Part shown: piece after piece, positions 13,701 to 25,943 of the stretch
Layout of the letters: every line of letters starts with the position of its first letter
Numbering within the stretch: position 1 is the first letter of the stretch
Notes under the pieces: generated by a model
The model's input: the letters and a program-made list of their open reading frames with translations, nothing else
Told to the model about the DNA's origin: nothing
The model's database searches: none
Translations under genes and position numbers: made by a program
From: Geosiphon pyriformis uo1
Taxonomy: Eukaryota > Fungi > Glomeromycota
DNA: 53,093 bases
Assembly: GCA_016748015.1 (NCBI GenBank)
Contig: JAAOMT010000386.1
Location: forward strand, 78,380 to 131,472
Reading direction: 5' to 3'

Positions 13701-15270
13701 AACTCAAACCTAACAACAAGTATTTGATACTCTTAAAGAAAAATTTACTACAGCTCTAATTTTTGTTTATTCTAACTTTAATAAAAAATTCCACTTAAAA
13801 ACTAATGCTTTATATACAGCATTTGATAACATTCTATTACAATTAAATAACAAAAACAATAAACAATTAACAAACAATGGATCTCCAAAAATTACAACAA
13901 CATTAAAAATTATTTAAAGATTTTTATTATACTAAAAAACTAGTTTTTAATTAAAAAACAGTAATTACAACACTAATTAAAACAATATTTTTTATATCAT
14001 AACAAAATTTATTATTAAAATTGTAAAAATTCAACAAATTTACTTAGATTAATTCAAAAAAACAAGAAAAAAACCATTTTGTACAACATGTACATAGACT
14101 TATCATTAGCATATCTAAGAAAAAATATTAAAATATTACTTTTAGTTTCACATACAAAAAGATATTTAATAATATGTAAAATTATATAATAGTTGTTAAA
14201 AAAAAAAGAACTTGTCTTACTAAATCTCTAAATTCAATCAAAGTTGGGCAACTTTTTGATAGAATTAGTATTGATTTAATTAGACTACTATTCATTACCA
14301 CTTAAAAAAACTATTATATAGCAGTTATAGTAGATTATCTTATTAAATGGCTTAAAGTCAGAGCCATCTAATGAGTAAACACAAAATTAGTAGCAAATTT
14401 TTTTATAAAGACATTATTTGTAAACATAAATGTCTAATTGAACTTTTATTTAATCAAAAAACATACTTTGTAAATAATTTAATACAAAAAATTTGTAAAT
14501 AATTCAATATTAAAAAACTTTTATTATTTTTGTATTATTCACAAACAAATAGACTTGTAAAACATTTTAACTAAATATTGTGTGAATTGTTAGCCAAAGT
14601 TTCAATTGACTTTGAACAAAAATAAAATATTTTTATTTCATTAATGTTATTAGTATATAGAACACTAAAATAAAATATAACAAAATATATATTATTTAAT
14701 TTAACTATAAAAGAACAGCAATATTACTAATTAACTTTATAGTAGAAACATATTCAGTACAACTTATTACAAAAGAAAAATTATATGAAATACTTTAACA
14801 AAGAGCCTATACTCTTCTTAACACATTGGAAGAAAAACAAGCCACTTATATTAAATACTTTTAAGCTAAACAAAAAAAATAATACAACAACAAATTGTTA
14901 CTAGTTACCAACAAATTTAAAGTTGAAAACAAAGTTTTATTATACAAAATTAAGGCTACAAAACAATGAAATAAGAAATTTAAACATAAATAAAACAGAT
15001 TATTTTATATTTACAAAATCTTAAACAATAGATCATATAAATTAAGACTTGATAACAAAGTTTTAGCCAAAGTTGTACATGAAAATCAATTAAACCACTA
15101 TTATTTCAAAAACAATTCTGAACCAATAATTTTACAAATTAGTACATATTTTTCTTTAATTAATTCCAAAAATATTCTCCAAAATTTAGAACCAATAATT
15201 ATAATAAAACAATAACCAAACTTAAAAATTTAATTTAATATTATTATAAATTTTTAATAATATACAAACA
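10740..15270 (+). mobile_element. Highly decayed Ty3/gypsy internal region (copy E, same family as 34464-44328): PR, Cys-rich domain, dUTPase, RT, RNase H, integrase
   Basis: Collinear with ~37490-42560: KAITAMY..LILDN at ~10785-10855, dUTPase region ~12090-12480, integrase start ATGGAT at ~13878, and the integrase C-terminus at ~15100-15235 matching 42410-42545. Internal deletions in the RT and RNase H regions. No LTR recognisable. Confidence 0.85.
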
Positions 15271-15329
15271 AAAATCTTTCTCTTGTCAATTTTCTGGTTA
15301 TAACAAAAGTAAAAATTTATCAAAAAATT

Positions 15330-16901
15330 ATTTTTTTTTTTTCTCTTTTGTATTTCTTTAATTATTTCTTCCAACTTACTTCTTTTTATTACAATAGAAT
15401 TAGTGAGCTCTTTTACTAGTGGTTTTAGTTTGGGTTTGACTGATTTGGAAATTTACTTAAGTGCCAAAAAAAAACATGTAAAAAGTGTTTATTTTTACAA
15501 TACATCTCATAAAAAACCAAAAAAGTCTGTTGTAAGTATTAATGTGATCAACTTGTTTGCTGGCTTTTTAAGTTTTAAAGATATTGATGTTTCTAATAGA
15601 AAGTTTGTAGTGTTTTGAAATAGCAAAGTTAATATTAAAACCAGTAGTATTAATAGTCTATTAAACATAAAAAATATAAAAAATATAATTGACAAAGAAA
15701 CTAGCTATGTGAATTTAAATAATTCAGTAATTAACAATAATATGAATAATACCATACTGTAAAAAACTTACACTCAAATATATATGTTGAATTACTTACC
15801 AAAAACTTTTTTATTTGTGGATTTAAGTAATGACAATAATGTTTTAATGTTTTTGTCACTTAAGTTTAATGGCTTTAAACAACTCTTACTAGTCAAATTA
15901 CATGTTTAAGAAAAATAAAATTTCAATTCAGTTAAGTTATTTACATTGGATATTGAGTTGTCTGTTATTTCTGATAAAACTAATAATAATAAATTATCAT
16001 GTATAAAAAAATTTTTTTATTATATAAATAGTTTTGGAATAATTGGATCTTTTTTTACATCTGAGTTGAGTTTGAATAAGACAAAAAATTGGCAGTTAAT
16101 AAGAAAATTCTGGTTAAAATGATATTAGAAAACCAAATAACCATATAAATCAGAAGATAATTATTAAAAAAATTCATGTTTATCTTCCCAAATTGGCAGT
16201 GAAATCAGTTTTTTTTAAATTTAACAAGATTATTTTAATCAAAATACAGCTAATTTGTCTTTGACAAAAGGCCTTAATTGAGTTTGAATTATTAGATATT
16301 GGCAGCTTAGTTGCTTCCAATTGATTAGTTTTTATGGAAAAAAATTCTGTGTGTATGGCTTTGGCAATCAATGATAAACAGTTATGAGTATCAAAAAATT
16401 TTTATTAAACTTTGCTGTATACTTTGCCAATTGGTGTTACTGCTCATGATTTTTCTAATTTGCTGGAATTATTTAGTGAGAAAACTTGTTTTGTTGGCCA
16501 TAATCCAAATTTATATGTATATAACAAATATGTTATGATTTGTTTTGCTGATAAGATTTTCAAAAAAGCTGTTATTGGTTTTACACCTGTTTTTAGAAGT
16601 GTAAATTTGCACTAGGCTGGGTTTTTTTTAGATTACTGTGCTTAATACAATTATTTTGGTCATGTTTAATAGGTAAAAATTTAAACAATTATAATAAATA
16701 TTTAGTTATCTTTTAAGATTAAATTTGTTTAACAAATATATATAAGAAAAAACAAGCACTAATCATTTATCTTATTTTATTTGGTAAAAAAACTTAGATA
16801 TAAATTACTGATAGTTCTACTTCTTGTATAATGTCTTTGGATTTTTTTTGTATTAGTTTATCTTTAAATGTTAAATTATTTTTACTGGTTTTTTTGAACA
16901 T
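15330..16901 (+). mobile_element. LINE 5' fragment (ORF1/gag-like), cut by an LTR element
   Basis: LYTLPIGVTAHDFSNLLE..KTCFVGHNPN..ICF followed by a degenerate Cys/His knuckle (C..Y..FGH at ~16636-16665). Homologous to the minus-strand ORF1 at 47112-48985 (LFTLPVKTTAHDLSTLL). Confidence 0.75.
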
Positions 16902-17781
16902 TGTTATGCATAAAAATATAGGAAATATATTAGCACATAAATTAGCCAATTAGGAATAGCCATAGTAAATAAAGAATTTCAGAATTCTTCTCAAGAAAAA
17001 TCACAGAATTCCAGGAATTTCAGAATTCTCATGTAAGGAATTACAGAATTTCAGAATTCTAGGATTCCTTTCAAAAGAAATTGCAGGATTCCAAAAATTT
17101 CAGAATTTCTGGTATGAAGAATTGAGGAATTGAGGAATTTCAATTATGTATATATAGCAATAGTATTAGAAGTAAAAAAAGCAGAATTTTTTAGGTAGAG
17201 ACCTCTTAGTTTAGACTTGATCTAAGTAAACTTCCACACTACAAATATTAAATAAATAATTATTTATTATTTCAAATCCATTCTTCACTATCAACACTTT
17301 ATGTTAATAGTAATTAATCTTTAACTACACTGAAATAATAGCTCTTGATCATGTTTATTGATGGGATACTAACTTTATTGTCTTGGCTTATTTTTAATTT
17401 CTTTTATTTCTTTTATTTTCCTTTGTTTTGTTGTTATTTTTTTTGTTGTGTACTAATTAATTAAAAGATTAAAAGTACTGAGTTATTGACATCAAAAATT
17501 GTCTAGTAAAAAACACCTGCGAGTAGGTAGAATACATAAAAGAATTATAGATTACTTACCAGAGAAGTACCAGCCATCAAGCTAAAGAAAAAAATTAACA
17601 GAATTGCAATTCTGAGAAACTATGGATAAACAACTATTGAATTTCTGTTCATTATACAAAAGACTCAACCAAAACCTTCAGATAACAATAGCTTCAGATT
17701 ATTATCATCACAAATAGCTTCTGAGCACCAAATTATGGATTTTGTTATTTGATTTGAGACCCCAAATAATCACCTGTAATA
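16902..17781 (+). repeat. 5' LTR, family A (880 bp)
   Basis: TGTTATG...CACCTGTAATA, followed by TT and the PBS. Homologous to 25289-25943 and to 28551-29429 on the minus strand. Confidence 0.92.
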
Positions 17782-17783
17782 TT

Positions 17784-17800
17784 TGGTGCTTCTTGTGAGG
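17784..17800 (+). promoter_or_regulatory. Primer-binding site TGGTGCTTCTTGTGAGG
   Basis: Starts with TGG (complement of tRNA CCA) 2 nt after the LTR end. The complementary CCTCAC resembles the T-stem of elongator Met or Ile(UAU) tRNAs. Confidence 0.8.
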
Positions 17801-17809
17801 TATAATTTT

Positions 17810-20800
17810 ACAGAGAACCAGCACCAACAACAATCATCTAAAAGTGGCAGAATTAGAAATCATAGGAGCAAACCATTTAAGATTTGCCAAATTTTTGTTT
17901 CAATAGTACAGCCAACAATTAGAATTAAACAATAACTATTTCCCAGCAGAATCAGCCTTTAATTTTTATGTCAATGATAAAATTACAGACTGCTTAGAAA
18001 AAACAATTAACATTAAATCCATAAGAGAAAATTTTTATACAGAATTGTTTTAACATACCAGCTTACCAAAAAACTACAGCTTTGCACCAATCATCAGCGA
18101 AATTAATTAAACCATTGAAAGATACACCCAGCAACAATTTCCTATTACCTATGCAGACAAAGGCAAAAGAAGATTGCAAACACCAACAGTAACACCCAAA
18201 AAAATACAACTACCTACTTAGAAAAAAACTAATTTTGAATTACCAACCAATCCATCATATTATTATATGCCAAAAAGTGTCATTAATATCTTTTTAGCAG
18301 ACGCATCCACATCAAATATAACATCAACCTTTGCACAATTTCTATTTCAAAGTAAACAAAGAAAAGCAGAGTTATTATAACCATATGGCAAATATTTTAA
18401 AAGATTTAAATCACAATCACCAATGCCATCAGGATTTTGATTACCATTACCTCAACCAAATTTCAGAACTGCAAGTCTGTGAGAAGTAACAAAATCAGAA
18501 GAAGAAAAAAGTGAGAATCAGAAATTTACTTACCAAAATCTGATTCTAGAAAACCTGGAAGTTGAAACTCCAAACATTTAAACTCAGCAAACTCAAAACA
18601 ATCCAAACCCTGAAATAATTAATTAGCAAAACTTATCTTCAGTAATTGTTATCAATTAGTCACCAATTGAACTGATTATTGAACCAATTCAACAGCAGCC
18701 ACTTTAAGAACCTATTTAATAACTGCTTCAACTATCACAACAACAACAACAACAAATAGCATATGCACCAATTGCAAAGCTGAAAAAATTTTCTAGTAAA
18801 GAGGACAATATCCAAGCATGGATCAATGATGTTACCAAAGCCATTACTGCCAATAACTGGGATGACACCAGAACAATGCAAGTCATCTCATATTTTCTTA
18901 AGGATACTGCTAACTTGTGGTATCATAGCTTAGTCCAGAAACCTCAAAACTTTAATGCATTTAAGATAGAATTTCTAAGATACTTCAATAATAATAACAG
19001 CATCAACTACCTGACAAGTATCTTTACCACCATAAAGCAAGGAAACACAGAAGCAGTTACTACTTACTTAGAATGCTTTCACAAAAATCTGCACCAGATC
19101 CAAGTCATTGATGCTGATTATTTTACAATAGTACAGATCTTGAATCAGTTTATTTGCAGATTATGCAGCAGCATCCTACAATAAGTACAACCAATGCATT
19201 CAGCCACTCTGCAAGATGCAGTTACACATGCCAAAGATTTTGAGCCAGCTGAGTTAGAGACCAATCATGCCCAAGCTGTAAATTTAATAATAAATGGATC
19301 ATCTGACCTGGATTCCAAACTGAAGCACTTCAGCAATTCAATCAATCAGAAAATTGAGGAATACTTAACTAACAATAATTAGGCAATCTATCAATCTCCA
19401 CAATAATGCAGTAATCAAGGAAACATGAACTGTTTCCAAAATTAGCCACATCTATCCTTATCATTCAATTAGCCATGACAGCCAAAAATACATGTCTGCC
19501 ACAATTGTGGTAAACAAGACCATATCCAAGCTAATTGCTATTCTTATAGTAATATATGATCGAAAAATCAATATAAAAACCCTGATTGCAGACTTCAAAT
19601 ACCAAACCATTATGCAAATCAAGATCAAGATCAATTTATTTATTTGCCAATAACGCATCAGCTTATTTATTAACCACCCATATATTAATCTTCAGTTTAT
19701 CAACCCCAGCCATAAGTAATATATCAACCACAGCCACCAGTAATTTATCAACCTCAACAACTTTAAACACTGCCCCAAAACTCCACCCAAATGACATCAA
19801 GAAACCCCAGATCCAGAGTCATCCAAAACTAGAGATTGGCAATGGTAGTTTACTAATTGATTCCCAGTTCATCAAATCACCCATTCAAATTACATCAGTA
19901 GAATTTGGAAGCTGGGTACACCCAAAACCTGAATTCTCAGAACTATTTAAGTCTCTTGGTAATCCCAAAAGACACTCCATCTAACAATCAGAAAATCAAT
20001 CACACTTCAACTCCTACTAACAATATTCTACTAATTACTATTACTGAGAACAAATTACTGAATGCCATTTTCTCATTTGAACTTGAGAAACCATCAGTTA
20101 TGCTATTATTTAATGAAACCATTCTTGAAAAAAAACCTATTACTGCTATGTATACTAATGCCAAAGTTAATGATCATTCTATCAAACTGATCCTAGACAG
20201 TTGATCAGCTGGCAGCATTATTACAAGACAACTCATGAACCAATTAAGTTACTGAGTTAATCGAGCTGCTAGTGCATAAATTATCATGGCTAATAGAGCA
20301 ACCAAAACTCTAATTAACGAGATTGATGACTTCCTTATAGAAGTCAATGACATCATCATGCCAATCAAAATATTAATCATGAAAGCCACTCAATACCAAG
20401 CACTTATTAGTAACAATTGGCTGTTCAAAACCAATGCGATGCTTGATTAGAATATACAGAAGCTTCAATTTAGCCAAAACAGTTAACACACATATATCCC
20501 AGTCACATGTGGCCATTTCAAAACCACCAATACACCAGCATCACTTATTGAGTTTGAGAAAGAAGAGAAGAAATCTACCTGAGAAGTCTATTAAGTGTCA
20601 TGGGCTGAAGATGACTACAATGAGTTACTGTCAATATTCTTTTGGGACAACAACAGAAAAAGAAAACAAAAAAAAGAACTTACCTGGAATGCTGACTAAG
20701 TCTGGAGAACTGACAATGACCCAGACAAATCATCAACTTAAAAGTGGAAAGAGACTGACAATAGAAAGGAAAAAGAGAAGGAAAAAAAAACAACATCCAC

Positions 20801-23178
20801 CAACATTACTACTTATAATTTTTACACTTACACTACACTACAATGATTCACTTACAGCTGACCAAAGCTCATATACATTGATTGTAGCAAAAAATTGTTG
20901 TCAGTGGGTGCATGTTGTGGTGATGATAAGAAATACCACACAGCAACAAAATTCTACTGTTGCTTATGCATCATTGAATGCTTTGGAAGACCAAAACAAA
21001 TGGAAAAATAGAATAATAAATTATGCTTGACTTGTAGAGAAACTCTTTTAGATGAAAGAATGTGGAATGACATTTCTGGGCAAAAAAAAATGTGTAACAA
21101 ATTGTGTCAATATATGATCTTAATAAGTGACTGGGTTAGAAAAAAAACACCAATAGAAGCCACCTAGAGAAGAGCTGTAAAACGTTTGAATAGATGCCCA
21201 CACAACAACAATGAAATTTGGCAAATGGCATTTACCAAAATCAAAGGAGTGTTACTAAAAGAAATAAGAATGATTAAAAACAATTTATCAGAACCCATAG
21301 AACTTGACTGAGGCCCAAACCCAAATATTATCCTAGAGTCTATGAACTCAAAACAATTCCATGAGCATTACCAAGAATTAGCACTTACTAAAAAAAAACA
21401 AGAACAATGATTAGAAGAAATAAACACAAAACTATGTAACTACTGTTTGATTCTATATAACTTCCAGTATTGTAATGAGTGTGATCTCATTTACAATCCA
21501 CTATTATGCATGATTTACACGATTCCAGAAGAAGAAAAACCAATTGGCAGCTGCACATCAGAATTGGAATCAATTTACAATCTTAATTTAAATACTGACA
21601 ATGATGATAACAAAAACAATGGTTCCAGCTCTGCTCAATATGGCAAGAAAAATAATAGTGATTCGAATTCCAATTCAAACCCCAAAACATATATTGTACT
21701 TTTTAATCTTTCTAAAGAATAGAAACTCAGATGGTATAATAACAACAATAAAGACATCATGCCAGAACATGTGCATGATACAGATACAGGGTTTGATCTG
21801 AGATATTCAAGAAAAGATGTCATTAAATTGGAACCACATTCATGCATCTGTATTGATTTCAAAATAGCACTAGAAATTCCAGCAACAACAATGGTTTAAT
21901 TAGTATCTAGAAGTAGTTTAGTAAAAAAGAGAATCAACATCAGAGAAGGAATAATTGATGCAAGATATGTAGAAAACATTATTGCAATACTACAGAATGA
22001 CTTTGAAAAGGCCTATATCATAGAGCCAAACAAAAAAATAGCACAAACAATATTTCTACTTCTGGTAAAAATAGCTCAATTAGTATTAATGAGAAACAGA
22101 AAAAAATTAGGAATTACAGCTAGAGGGATACAAAGATTTAAATCCATGGGTAGAATAGATGTACCAGTTAATATGACAGAGAAAAAAATTATTGACAAGG
22201 GAGAAATTATCTTCACCCATTAATTAATTTTTATTCTATCATATAACCAATATATAGTAACCATAAAAAAAAAAGTAAAAGATCAGATTCAGATTTTTGA
22301 GGCAGAAGCAACACTTTGTGAATTAGGAAAGATTGGATTAGTCAATTTATACATACCAGCTAAGAACTACAGACACATCAGAATTCCTATGTATAACAAC
22401 ACAGAAGATATCATTGAGATACCAGAAGGAATTACTATTGAATATTTAACCACCAAAATTGAAAACCAATTGCCAAACACCATTCCAGATTTTCTACAAC
22501 TGTGCAGATATATAGATATCATATGTTGTGAATAAAGACAGTATTAAAACAGATCCAGACAAGATTAAGATTGTTAAAAACTTTTCAGTACCAAATAATT
22601 TTACAAAATTAAGAGCATTCTTAGAATTTATGAGATACTACTGCCACTTTATCAAAGACTTTTCCAAAATAGCTCAACCACTACACCAACTCCAAACAAA
22701 AAACACCAAATATGAATGGACAGAAACTCAACAAGAAGCTTTTGATATATTAAGAAGAAAGCTTATTTAAGTCTCAATACTAATTTATCCAGATCATAGC
22801 AAGCCATTTATAATTACAACCAATGCATCTGGTCAAGCATTGGAAGCAGTATTATCTCAGAAAAGACTAGATGAATAAGAATATCCAGTAGCTTACATCA
22901 GTAGAAGCTTAAGTCTAGCTGAAAAGAACTATGAAACTTCAGCACTGGAACACTTAGCTATCTATTGGGCTGTTACCAAATAAAAAAAATACTTAGGTTA
23001 AAAGTTTGATGTATACACTAATCACAAAGTTTTAATTTCAATTCAAAAGCAAAAATTTAGAAATGATTGTCATATAAGATAGAAAATAGCACTATTACTA
23101 TATACATTTATAGTACATTATAAAAAGAGAAAAGACAATGGAAATGCTAACAGTTTGTTACGAATGAGACAAATTTAA
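17810..23178 (+). pseudogene. gag-pol (capsid, CCHC knuckle, aspartic protease, Cys-rich domain, dUTPase, partial RT, RNase H)
   Basis: Capsid SYFLKDTANLWY (~18890). Knuckle CHNCGKQDHIQANC (~19496). Protease IKLILDS (~20180). dUTPase HDTDTGFDLRY..ASRSSL..GIIDA.Y (~21770-22160). RT C-terminus KTDPDKIKIVKNF. RNase H FIITTNASGQALEAVLSQ. Stop at 23176-23178. Confidence 0.9.
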
Positions 23179-23208
23179 AAACATTTCAACCCAAAAATAT
23201 AACAAAAA

Positions 23209-24584
23209 ATGAATATATAAAAATATTAACAACTCAAATATTATATAAATACTTGGCAGTTTAAGGAGAAATTATCTCCAAAAGAATAAAGCCATATTAA
23301 ACAACAATCAAAATATTTTATCAATTATCAAAATATACTTTACTAGAAAAACAAATGAAATTCAGACCAACCAACTAGAGTAATTACAGAACCAAAGAAA
23401 GAAACAATATTATTCAACATGCACTCAGATCTAACAGCAAGATATTTTCATAAAGAAGCAACCATAAAAAGAACCAAGAAAACATATTATTAACCAGCAA
23501 TATATCTGGATATCATCTAATATATGCAAAATTGTGATGCTTGTCAGAGAAGAGAAGAGACAAAATCCAGTAAACTATTGAGACTGATCAAAGTGAAACA
23601 ACTATTTGATTGTATTGAAATTAACTTGGTCAGACCATTAAAAATAACCAGCAAAGGCAATAAATATATTGCAGTAGTCATAGATTATCTTACAAAATAG
23701 CCAGAAGCAAAAGTTATTCAAAGAGCAGATGCAGAATCCATTGTTGAATTCATTCATCAAGATTTGATTTGTTGACACAGATGTTTAAAAGAACTACTAT
23801 CAGATCAAAAAACTCACTTTGTGAATAGAACATTGGCAAAACTAAGTCAAAGATTTAGAATATAAAGACCATTATCATCATCATATCATTCACAAACAAA
23901 TGGATTAGTTGAAAAGTTTAACAGAATATTATATAAAGCCATTGCCAAAATCAGCCAAGAAAACCAAAATGAATAGAATTTGATTATACCATCAGTATTA
24001 TTTGTTTATCAGACAATAAAGCAAGACACTATATAAGCAATATTATTTGAATTAGTATATGGTAGAACAGCAACATTACCAGTCAAGATAAAAGTTAAAA
24101 CATATCCAACAGAACTAATAACAGAAGAGAATCTTCAAAAAATATTGTTGAGAAGAACATATGACTTAATAGAGACATTAGAAAACACATGGCGAAGAGC
24201 AGCTAATAATATCCAAAAGTTATAAAAAAAACAAAAAAAAAACACAATAACCAACTACCAGAAAAACCAGTTAAATTCAAGATTGAAGACAAAGTACTTT
24301 TACATCATACTAAAGTAGAAAAACAATGGAATAGAAAATTTGACCCCAAATAGGACAAACCATTTCACATAAAAGAAATTCTTAGAAATAGAGCTTATAA
24401 ATTAAGGTTGAACAACAAAATTTTAACCAAAACAACATATGATGATTAACTGAAACAATATCACCATATAGTATTATCATTTATCAGTAATATTCCACAA
24501 TTAGGAGTACAGAGAATACTAGTCAAATCAGAGAAGATTCTATAAGATCTAAAATCAATTATAAATATTAAACCAAACACGTAA
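23209..24584 (+). pseudogene. Integrase, encoded as a separate ORF
   Basis: Own ATG 30 nt after the RNase H stop. HHCC region (MHSD..CDACQR), core IAVVIDYLTK*PEAK..ELLSDQKTHF..TNGLVEKFNR, GPF/Y-type C-terminus. No chromodomain seen. Confidence 0.88.
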
Positions 24585-24614
24585 AATTGAACAACCAAAA
24601 GAGTATATAAAAAC

Positions 24615-25274
24615 ATAGTATATGTAACAAAAGACAACAGAAAAATAAAAATTACAGACAGCATTTACTCACTAGCACAACAACTTTTTCAACTGATCCA
24701 ACAACAAGAGATAGAAATTACAATAAATCAACAAACTATCAGATACACAAACATTAGAAAAAGACCACAAGATAAAATACAAAGAAAAACAGAAAACACT
24801 ATGGACAAAATAATCACAAAAGTAAAATTGGCAATAGAAACACAACCAAAAGTTATCCAATATTAAGAGTTGACTATAAAAACTTAGAATTGATAGATAC
24901 AACAATTTTTAAGAAACTTTTATTACTTTTATTTAGGACAATACTTGAACATTTAGGACTTGTATACAGATAAAACAAAACAATTATTTGACACAACAAT
25001 ACTATAACAACTGGAACAATTTGTGAAGAAGAACAATTTGACTACACAAGCAAGAATTATCTATTAGCTATATACTGAATTTTAAGATCGACCAAAAATC
25101 TTACTCAATCCAGAAATGAACTCTGTTACTATTAACCAAATGGGAAAAATAACAAATGTGCAATTTGAAGAATTACAGAACAAAATAGCACAAATAATTC
25201 TTGAAAAAAAAGTTCAAAAAATACTTAAAGATAGAAAATTAGAATTAAGAGATCTTGACAGAGCTCAATATTAA
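24615..25274 (+). pseudogene. ORF3 of family A (~220 aa, unknown function)
   Basis: Collinear with 29444-30112 (-), which retains its ATG. Ends ..DRAQY* immediately before the PPT. Confidence 0.7.
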
Positions 25275-25288
25275 AAAAAAGAGAATAA

Positions 25289-25943
25289 TGTTACTTATAG
25301 AATATAGGAAGTATATTAGCATATAAATTAGCCAATCAGAAATAGCTGTAATAAATATGGAATTCCAAGATTTTTCTTAGAGGAATTGCAGGATTTTAGG
25401 AATTTCAAAATTCTTGTATAAAAATTACAGAATTCTAGAATTTCAGAATTTTTCTCAAAGGAATTGCAGGATTCCAGAAATTTCAAGATTCTGAGTATAA
25501 AGAATTGAGGAATTGAGGAATCTTGATTATGACTATTGACGGAATACTAATCATTATTGCCTTGGCTTATTTCTAATTTCTTATTTTCTTTTATTTTTAT
25601 TTTTTTTTTTGTTGTTATTTACTAATTAATTAAAAAAAAGCACTGAGATACAGATGTCATAGGGATTAGTAAAAGACCTGTGAAACAAGGGTAGAATACT
25701 TACAGATTTAAGGATAGCTTACCAAAAGAATTACTGGCCATCACGTTGAGAAAAAAATTTGATAGAATTGTAATTCTGAAAGGCTACTAAAACCACTATT
25801 GAATCTCTGTCCATTATATAAAGAACTCCACAACCAAACTTTCAGATTAACAAAATCTTCAGATACTAACACCAGAATATCAATCAAGCACCAAGTTATG
25901 GGTTTGTTATTTGATTTAAGACCTCAAATAATCACCTGTAACA
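25289..25943 (+). repeat. 3' LTR, family A, with an internal deletion of ~200 bp
   Basis: TGTTAC...CACCTGTAACA, preceded by the PPT AAAAAAAGAGAATAA. Lacks the segment equivalent to ~17145-17345. Confidence 0.92.

Larger units (their letters stand above)
16902..25943 (+). mobile_element. Ty3/gypsy LTR retrotransposon, family A (copy A), probably chimeric, RT core deleted
   Basis: Two homologous LTRs with TGTTA..TAAYA termini, PBS and PPT; domain order gag-PR-dUTPase-(RT)-RH-INT. The flanks do not form a TSD (ACAT vs ATGG). Confidence 0.92.

Noticed and set aside
16970-17145. CRISPR-like repeat array
   Set aside because: Short degenerate tandem units inside LTRs, with no unique spacers and no cas genes, in a eukaryotic context.
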